Below the pieces are notes generated by a model that had not been told where the DNA came from, did no database searches, and saw only the letters and a program-made list of their open reading frames with translations. A program made the position numbers and the translations under genes. 64,000 nt of DNA, from the NCBI GenBank assembly GCA_038231435.1, contig JBBRLJ010000001.1, positions 224,001-288,000 of the forward strand, in the 5' to 3' direction. This document shows, in pieces, positions 1-6,893 of the stretch. The stretch comes from Planctomycetota bacterium. GTDB taxonomy: Bacteria > Planctomycetota > UBA11346. Each line of letters begins with the position of its first letter. The first letter of the stretch is position 1.

Positions 1-470
1 GGCACGACGCCATCCAGGCGACGTGAGGTGGTCGAGCCCGATGATGGAGATGTGGCCGTGGAGGCGGATGCAACGCTCGACAGCGCCACCTGCTGCGTCG
101 CGCCCTGGCCCCATGGCCGATCCGAGGCGACGCGACCGAAGCGCACCAGCAACCCAGGCTCGTCGACCGCCATCAGCACGTGGAGATTGTCCAGGCCGAG
201 ACGACCGGCGAGGGTCGCGGCCTCGGCGAATAGACCATCATCGACCGCGGAGGTCACCGCGAGTACCCGGCCACCGCGCCGGCGCTCGGCGACCGCGGCG
301 CCACAAGCTACCGCGGCCAAGCCCCCTCCGCGCAGCCCGGGCCATTCGCCCTGGTGGCCATGGGGAAGCGCATGCGCCAACGCCGGCTCGCAGAACACCC
401 GCAGCCGGCCCGGAAAGGGCACGTCCGCGGCGAGCTCGGCGATCACCTCGGCTAGGCTGCGGCTGTGCAC
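1..470 (-). CDS. Partial (runs off left edge) hypothetical protein resembling a degenerate transketolase-type ThDP-binding domain
   Basis: Manual translation from GTG at 470: MHSRSLAEVIAELAADVPFPGRLRVF...GGGLAAVACGAAVAERRRGGRVLAVTSAVDDGLFAEAATLAGRLGLDNLHVLMAVD; GGAG/GAGGG upstream; frame open to position 1; not in ORF track. Confidence 0.5.
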   Translation of the reverse strand, partial: MHSRSLAEVIAELAADVPFPGRLRVFCEPALAHALPHGHQGEWPGLRGGGLAAVACGAAVAERRRGGRVLAVTSAVDDGLFAEAATLAGRLGLDNLHVLMAVDEPGLLVRFGRVASDRPWGQGATQQVALSSVASASTATSPSSGSTTSRRLDGVV

Positions 471-602
471 GTACCCTCTACTCCTGGTGGCGGCGGTCAG
501 ACGGGGACGATGATGATCGTCGTCCATCGGAGTGAACGGGAAACGCCCCGGCCCGCCTGGCAGCGGTCACTCTGACCATTCCTGAGCCCCACCGGAGCCC
601 TC

Positions 603-989
603 ATGCCCACCGTCGCCATCGTCGGAGCCTCGCCCAAACCCGAGCGCTACAGCCACACGGCGGTGCTCAAGTACCGCGAGCGCGGCTGGACGGTGTGGCC
701 GATCAACCCGGCCAAGCAGACCGTGGATGGGATCCCGGCGTACGCCTCGCTAGCCGAGCTCCCGGGCAAGCCCGACATCGTCTGCATGTACGTGAATCCA
801 AAGGCTGGCGCCGAGATGCTCGACCAGATCGTCGCGGCCGCGCCCAGGATCCTGTGGCTGAATCCGGGCGCCGATGGCGAGCCGCTGAGCTCGGCCGCGA
901 AGGCCCGCGGTCTGCGGGTGGTGGAATCGTGCACGCTGGTGGCGCTTGGCTACGGCGATCCGCTCGAGGTCGCCGACCGCATGACGTGA
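603..989 (+). CDS. CoA-binding protein (YccU-like)
   Basis: TVAIVGASPKPERYS, VWPINP, AYASLAELP, LWLNPG, VVESCT motifs; GGAG upstream. Confidence 0.9.
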   Translation: MPTVAIVGASPKPERYSHTAVLKYRERGWTVWPINPAKQTVDGIPAYASLAELPGKPDIVCMYVNPKAGAEMLDQIVAAAPRILWLNPGADGEPLSSAAKARGLRVVESCTLVALGYGDPLEVADRMT

Positions 990-1053
990 TGGGGCAGTGT
1001 AGGACCGTCGACAGTTTCCGCCGGACTGTCCCCGGCGGGCGATTCCCCCACAG

Positions 1054-2037
1054 CTATTCGCCTTGGGCGTAGCCTTCGACCAGCACGGTGTGCTCGTCAT
1101 AACCGCCGAGGCTACCCTCGAGCTCGCCATCCTGCCCCTGCAGACTGATGATCTTGCCCTTGTCAGGCTTGGCGATCGTGCCCGAGGACGGGATGAGATG
1201 AAGGACGCAGTACGGGCCCGAGGCGGTGACGTCGGTGCGCTCGTTGTTGAAGTTCACCGTCGCATCGCCACCGGCGTCCTCCGCGCGCGCCTTCTTGCCC
1301 AGCAGCAGCACCACCGTCCAACCGCCGGGAGCAGGGGCGAAGGTGGCCGAACCCAGGCAGCGGCCGCACACCGACAGGCGCTTGTGCGCGGTGAAAGCGT
1401 GGCCGTCGACGTCTTTGGTTCCGGTGGCGGATCCACCGACGCGCACCTTGCCGTCGATCGCTCCGGCCTCGGGCGGCTTCATCGTCAGGTCAGTGCCGCC
1501 CAGCATCGCGATGACCACGATCAGCAGCACCACGCCGGCGACGATGCCGCCGATCGCCGCGGGCTTCTTGAACCACGGCGTCTCGACCTCGTCGTCCGGG
1601 CTCTTGTCGCACTTGCGGCAGGTCGGTCGGCCCGGCTTGTTGCCGGTGCCGCAATGCGGGCAGGTCCACAGATCCTTGCGCGATCCTGGCTTGAGGTCGG
1701 GATCGATGGGATCGTCAACCGGGGGCGGCGGAGCGGCGGGTCGCGGCGCCTTGGGCTTGGCTTGGCCGGGATCGTCGAGCACCGGGTGCATGGTCGCGGG
1801 AGTCTTCTCCGTCGCATTGCGCGCATCGGAGGGCGGCGCCGCCGTCGGGTCGGGCGCGTAGCTCTTCTTGGCCTTCGGCGCGGGCGCGGGACTGTCCTCG
1901 AATTCGTAGCTGGGCGCGGCAGCGGGCTTGAGCGGCGGCTGCGCGGCCGACTGTTTGGCGATGGCGCCGGTCGCCGGCTTCTTCGCCTTCGCCTGCTCGT
2001 CGTCGCCTTCGAAACCTGGGAACTGCTGATCGGTCAT
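1054..2037 (-). CDS. Membrane-anchored hypothetical protein with RanBP2-type zinc finger
   Basis: Pro/Ala-rich N-terminus, WTCPHCGTGNKPGRPTCRKC, one TM segment (IGGIVAGVVLLIVVIAML), GGAGG SD. Confidence 0.75.
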   Translation of the reverse strand: MTDQQFPGFEGDDEQAKAKKPATGAIAKQSAAQPPLKPAAAPSYEFEDSPAPAPKAKKSYAPDPTAAPPSDARNATEKTPATMHPVLDDPGQAKPKAPRPAAPPPPVDDPIDPDLKPGSRKDLWTCPHCGTGNKPGRPTCRKCDKSPDDEVETPWFKKPAAIGGIVAGVVLLIVVIAMLGGTDLTMKPPEAGAIDGKVRVGGSATGTKDVDGHAFTAHKRLSVCGRCLGSATFAPAPGGWTVVLLLGKKARAEDAGGDATVNFNNERTDVTASGPYCVLHLIPSSGTIAKPDKGKIISLQGQDGELEGSLGGYDEHTVLVEGYAQGE

Positions 2038-2063
2038 GGGGTCCTCCGTGCGTTCGCCGCTCG

Positions 2064-3461
2064 TCAGTGGCCGGCGATCAGCTGGGCGCCGATAGCCTGC
2101 CGCACCGCCACGGCAAGGTGACTGGCTTCGGCCGCTGTCGGCGCCTCGGCTATCACACGGCTGGCCGGCTCGGTGCCCGAGGCGCGCAGGTGCACCCAGC
2201 GGTCGCTCCAGGACAACTTGAGACCGTCAGCGGTGTCCATGGTGGAGCCCTTCGCCACCGCGTGCGCCCGCAGCACCTCGATGGCCTTCGCCACCCCGGG
2301 CCGATCGAGCGCCACCTTTTCTTTGTGCATGGCGTAGCGCGGGATCGCCGCCACCGCCTCGCTGGAACTCACGCGCGAGCGCGCGAGGTGCTCGAGCACC
2401 AGCGCCATGCCGATGTGGCTGTCGCGGCCCCATACGACGCGCGGATCGATGATGCCGCCGTTGCCTTCGCCGCCGATCAACGCGCGATGCTTCTGCATGG
2501 CATCGACCACGTGCGCCTCGCCCACCTTGGAACGCACCACGCGAGCGCCGTGGCGCGCTGCCACGTCCTCGAGCATGCGGCTGGTCGAGAGGTTGGTGCA
2601 CGCGACCAGATCCTTCTGCCCGGCCGCCGCGGCCTGGCCCATGCGGCCGGCGGCGCACAGCACCAGGGTATATTCCTCGCCGACGTAGACGCCGTGGTCG
2701 TCGATGATCGCGAGCCGGTCGGCATCCGGATCCTGGACGAAGCCGATGTGCGCGCCGGCGCCGGCGACCATGCCGCCAGTGCGCTTGACGTTGGCTGCGG
2801 TCGGCTCGGGATCGCGCGGAAACACCAGCTCAGGCCGCGAGTACAGCGGCACCACGTCGCAGCCGAGCGCGGCCAGCAGGCGCGGACCCAACTCCGACCC
2901 GGCTCCGTTGACGCTGTCGAGCACGACGGTCAGCCGCGCCGCGCGGATGAGCTGGACGTCCACGGCCGCGAGCACGCGCGCCAGGTGCACATCGAGCGCC
3001 TCGGTGAACGCGCGCTGGCCGCCGCAGCCGTCCCAGCGCTTCCACGCCGGCGCGCCGGCGCGATAGGCGGCGAGCACGGTATCGAGCTGGGCCTGATCGA
3101 CGTTGCGCCCGTCGCCCGAGAAGAATTTCAGCGCGTTCCATTCGACCGGATTGTGGCTGGCTGAGATCTGGATGCCGCCGGCGGCGCCGAGATGAGCGAT
3201 GGTGATGGGCACCGTCGGCGTCGGAACCATGCCGATGTCGATCACCTGGCAGCCGACCGCGCGCAGTCCCGCGGCGCAGGCCTGGGCCAGCATCTGCCCG
3301 GTCGGCCGGCTGTCGCGGCCGAGCACCACCGCCCCCCCGTTGGCGACCGTCGCGCCGTACGCGCATGCCAGGCGCAACACCTCGGCGACATCGAGCGTGT
3401 CGCCGACGACGCCACGGATGCCCGAGACCGAGACCACACAGCGCAGGGACTCGTTGGACAT
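2064..3461 (-). CDS. Phosphoglucosamine mutase / phosphomannomutase family
   Basis: SVSGIRG, GRDSR, ISASHNP phosphoserine loop, DPDADR metal loop, GGEGNGG, RASGTEP. Confidence 0.93.
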   Translation of the reverse strand: MSNESLRCVVSVSGIRGVVGDTLDVAEVLRLACAYGATVANGGAVVLGRDSRPTGQMLAQACAAGLRAVGCQVIDIGMVPTPTVPITIAHLGAAGGIQISASHNPVEWNALKFFSGDGRNVDQAQLDTVLAAYRAGAPAWKRWDGCGGQRAFTEALDVHLARVLAAVDVQLIRAARLTVVLDSVNGAGSELGPRLLAALGCDVVPLYSRPELVFPRDPEPTAANVKRTGGMVAGAGAHIGFVQDPDADRLAIIDDHGVYVGEEYTLVLCAAGRMGQAAAAGQKDLVACTNLSTSRMLEDVAARHGARVVRSKVGEAHVVDAMQKHRALIGGEGNGGIIDPRVVWGRDSHIGMALVLEHLARSRVSSSEAVAAIPRYAMHKEKVALDRPGVAKAIEVLRAHAVAKGSTMDTADGLKLSWSDRWVHLRASGTEPASRVIAEAPTAAEASHLAVAVRQAIGAQLIAGH

Positions 3462-3624
3462 CCCCCTAGCCCATCCGCGCGGCCCGGGAAATCAAGAAAT
3501 CGCATCGCCAGCCTGCGCTGAACGCATGCCTCTCAGAGGCCGGGAATGATCCGATGTCCGCGATCGCGGGTTGCAGGCGGGACCGGTGCCAGAACATCCC
3601 GGCACGCTCGCTGCCGGCCTGCGA

Positions 3625-3656
3625 GCGGACATCGGGCGGACATCGGGCGGACATCG
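3625..3656. repeat. Tandem 11-mer GCGGACATCGG x3, with an inverted copy at 3551-3561
   Basis: Read directly from the sequence, just upstream of the SD of the 3673 gene. Confidence 0.85.
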
Positions 3657-3672
3657 AGAGAAAGGAGTCTCC

Positions 3673-4863
3673 ATGAAGGTCGGCATCATCGGCGGAGGTC
3701 CCGGCGGAGCGGTCACCGCCGCCACCCTGGCGCGCCTCGGACACCAGGCGCACATCTACGAGATGGAGGTGTTCCCCCGCTTCCACATCGGCGAGAGCCT
3801 GCTGCCGACGAACATGCCGATCTACGAGGAGCTGGGCATCTCGCGCGAGGTCATGCAGCGGCATTCCTACATGCCGAAGCATGCCGCCCATTTCGAGCAC
3901 GTCGCCTCCGGCCGAACCGTGCGCTTCCGTTTCGCCGAGGCGCTGCCAGGTGATCCGCCCTCGATCTTCCAGGTCGAACGCTCGCGCTTCGACAAGCTGC
4001 TGCTCGACACCGCCGTCGCCAAGGGCGCAATCCTGCATTGCCCGGTCCAGGTCGCCAAGGTCGACCTGGAGACGCGATCCATCCATCATGCAGGAGGATC
4101 GGAGAGCTTCGATTTCATCGTCGATGCTTCGGGGCGCGAGACCCTGCTCGGGCGCCAGCTGGGCATCGTCGACCGCGAAGGCGACCTGATGCGCGCGGCA
4201 GTGTTCGGCCACGTCGCCGATCTGCCGCTCGCGCCCGGGGCAGAAAAGGGCGACATCTCGATCGCCAAGGCCGACGCAGGCTGGTGCTGGCAGATTCCCC
4301 TGGAAGAGCACAAGTGGTCGATCGGGCTCGTGCTCAAACGCGACAAGGTGATCAAGGGCGGCACGCCCGCCGACGTCTTCCGCAACAACCTCGCCTTCTT
4401 TCCGCAGGTCGCCGGGCGCCTCGCAGGCAAGATCCCCGACCCGGTGCGCTCGATCCCGAACATCAGCTACCGCGTGCGCGAGCGCATCGGCGCTCGCTAC
4501 GCTTTGCTTGGCGATGCCGGTGGGTTCATCGATCCGATCTTCTCGTCGGGTGTGCTGCTCGCGACGCGCGCGGGCTCACGGCTCGGCAAGGTCTTGCACG
4601 CCGGCGGACCCGACGCCGACCTGAACGAGTGGAAGGCGCAGACCGATCACGACCTGGCGACGTTCTTCGGCTTCATCCGCCTGTGGTACGACGGCCATTT
4701 CGTCGACAACCTGTTCTTCGCCGAGAACAAGGATGACGCCATATCGCGCGGCATCGTCAGCCTGCTCGCTGGCGATACCACGCACCCCGACAACGTCTTC
4801 CTGAACATGCTCACCAACCGCATGCGCCGCCAGAACGCCAAGACCCTGCTGCCAGAACCGTAG
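3673..4863 (+). CDS. FAD-dependent halogenase-like oxidoreductase
   Basis: GGGPGG, FPRFHIGESLLP, YMPK, GWCWQIP (WxWxIP), GDAGGFIDPIFSSGV; AAAGGAG SD before ATG 3673. Confidence 0.85.
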   Translation: MKVGIIGGGPGGAVTAATLARLGHQAHIYEMEVFPRFHIGESLLPTNMPIYEELGISREVMQRHSYMPKHAAHFEHVASGRTVRFRFAEALPGDPPSIFQVERSRFDKLLLDTAVAKGAILHCPVQVAKVDLETRSIHHAGGSESFDFIVDASGRETLLGRQLGIVDREGDLMRAAVFGHVADLPLAPGAEKGDISIAKADAGWCWQIPLEEHKWSIGLVLKRDKVIKGGTPADVFRNNLAFFPQVAGRLAGKIPDPVRSIPNISYRVRERIGARYALLGDAGGFIDPIFSSGVLLATRAGSRLGKVLHAGGPDADLNEWKAQTDHDLATFFGFIRLWYDGHFVDNLFFAENKDDAISRGIVSLLAGDTTHPDNVFLNMLTNRMRRQNAKTLLPEP

Positions 4864-5002
4864 ACCTCCCGACAGCTGATCCGCCACCCGACAACCAAGC
4901 GCATGTGTGAGCACGCTCGCGGCCCGGACCGCATTCTGGCTCGCGGCGGGTGCGCACGGTCGTCCACTGCATGCGAGCACCGGCGACGGGCTCGCTGGAA
5001 CC

Positions 5003-6109
5003 ATGCCGGATCCCCTCCTCGTCTGCGTCGGCTCCTACGCTTCGGCCGACCAGCCAGGGATCCGACTCCTGCGGCTCGACCCTGACAGCGGGGCGCTCAC
5101 GCCCGCGGGTTCGGCCTCGGGCGTCACGAATCCCTCCTTCCTGGCCGTGCATCCGGACGGCACCTCGCTGTACGCCGTCGAGGAGGTCGGCTCCAGGCCT
5201 GATGACGCCAGCGGACGGGTGCACGCCTTCGCGTTGGATGCGCAGGCGGCGACGCTGACCCATCTTGGCGATAGGTCTTCGCTGGGAGCGAGCCCATGCC
5301 ATCTGGCCGTGGACCGCTCGGGAAGGCACGTACTGGTGGCCAACTACCACAGCGGCAGCGTCGCGATGCTACCGCTCGGTAGAGGCGGCGGGTTTGGACC
5401 AGGCGGCATCACGCTGCGCCATCGCGGGCTCGGCTTCATCGATGAAGACAGCGGCGAGCACGACGCGCGGCAGGACGGACCCCACGTCCACGCCGTGGCC
5501 ATCGATCGCGGCGACCGTTTCGCGCTGGTCGCCGATCTCGGGCTCGACCGCATCTTCGTCTACCGCTTCGATGCCCAGGCCGGGACGCTGGCGGCGCATG
5601 ACCCGGCCTCGGTGGAGATGCCCCATGGGTCAGGGCCACGCCAGCTGGCGTGGTCGCCAACGGGAACGCGCCTGTACGCCATCAACGAGCTGACCTCCAC
5701 GCTCACCGCGTTCTCGTTCGATGCTGGGCTCGGGCGCTTGCATGCGTTCCAGACCATCTCCACCAGGCCGGCGGGAGCGGTCGGCGAGAACTGGGCCTCG
5801 CAGCTCGCGGTGTCAGCGGACGGCCGTTTCCTCTACGCCTCCAATCGCGGCGACGATGCGCTCGCCATCGTCGCGATCGATGCCGGCAGCGGTGGGCTCA
5901 TCCCGCGCGGGCATCGCCCAAGCGCCGGGAAGTGCCCACGCCACTTCGCCCTCGACCCGAGCGGACGCTGGCTGCTGATCGCCAACCAACACTCCGACAC
6001 CGTGGTGGTCCTACCCGTCGATCGGCACACAGGGGCGCTCGGCGATGTGGCTGCCACCGCGACCATTCCCAAGCCGACGTGCATTTGCCCGGTGCCCCAG
6101 GGGGACTGA
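5003..6109 (+). CDS. 6-phosphogluconolactonase-family (lactonase) beta-propeller
   Basis: VGSY, NPSFLA, PCHLAVD, VANYHSGSV, RQDGPHVH, DLGLDRI, GSGPRQ, SNRGDD, PRHF, ANQHSD. Confidence 0.9.
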   Translation: MPDPLLVCVGSYASADQPGIRLLRLDPDSGALTPAGSASGVTNPSFLAVHPDGTSLYAVEEVGSRPDDASGRVHAFALDAQAATLTHLGDRSSLGASPCHLAVDRSGRHVLVANYHSGSVAMLPLGRGGGFGPGGITLRHRGLGFIDEDSGEHDARQDGPHVHAVAIDRGDRFALVADLGLDRIFVYRFDAQAGTLAAHDPASVEMPHGSGPRQLAWSPTGTRLYAINELTSTLTAFSFDAGLGRLHAFQTISTRPAGAVGENWASQLAVSADGRFLYASNRGDDALAIVAIDAGSGGLIPRGHRPSAGKCPRHFALDPSGRWLLIANQHSDTVVVLPVDRHTGALGDVAATATIPKPTCICPVPQGD

Positions 6110-6266
6110 GATCGGCGGGTTCTGCGGATCGTTCAGAGGTTCGTTCCACGGGTGCTCTGCGTATTCCCGTTGTACAGATCATCTGCCGTTTACGGCAGCT
6201 CTGCCCCGCGGGTACGGTGAACAGCGCACCGTCTTGTGCCGTAGCGCGCGCTCACATACTTTGGCC

Positions 6267-6830
6267 ATGGCTCGACCCCCGAAGGCACGCACTCCGCTCA
6301 AGCAAGCGGCCTTGGAACTGTTCGTCGACCAGGGCGTGCACGCCACCGGCATCCGCGACATCGCCAAGCACGCGGGCTGCTCCGAAGCCGCGCTCTACCG
6401 CCATTGGAAGAACAAGGACGACCTGGTGGTGAGCCTGTTCACCGAGCACCTCGGCGAGGTGCGGGCCATCCTCGACGCCGCCATCCAGTCCGAGACCACT
6501 CTCGACGGCAAGGTCCACGCCGCGAGCAAGGCCTGCTACAAGCTCTATGACGAGCAGCCGCAGGTGTTCCGCTTCGTGCTGCTGGTCCAGCACGAGCTCT
6601 CGCGTACCTTGCCGACGGACCTGCGCATGCCGCAGGACGTGGTCGCGGACATGGCCAAGGAGGGCATCAAGCGCGGCGAGGCCAAGGGCGATCCGATGCT
6701 CATGGCCGCCGCGGTGATCGGCATCTTCCTCGAGACCGCGGTGTTCGTGCTCTACGGTCGCCTCGAAGGACCGCTATCGAAGTATGCAGGACCTGTGGCC
6801 GAATCCGCTCTGCGCGTATTGAGGAAGTGA
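6267..6830 (+). CDS. TetR/AcrR family transcriptional regulator
   Basis: AALELFVDQGVHATGIRDIAKHAGCSEAALYRHWKNKDDL helix-turn-helix. Confidence 0.92.
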   Translation: MARPPKARTPLKQAALELFVDQGVHATGIRDIAKHAGCSEAALYRHWKNKDDLVVSLFTEHLGEVRAILDAAIQSETTLDGKVHAASKACYKLYDEQPQVFRFVLLVQHELSRTLPTDLRMPQDVVADMAKEGIKRGEAKGDPMLMAAAVIGIFLETAVFVLYGRLEGPLSKYAGPVAESALRVLRK

Positions 6831-6890
6831 GTGGAGTGTGGTGTGTAGTGGATGGAAAAACCACACGCCACACACCACCCACCAAACACT
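6831..6890. terminator. GT-rich/CA-rich heptamer hairpin between convergent genes (putative bidirectional terminator)
   Basis: GTGGAGTGTGGTGTGTAGTGG followed by the imperfect complement CCACACGCCACACACCACCCACCAAACACT. Confidence 0.5.
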
Positions 6891-6893
6891 CGT

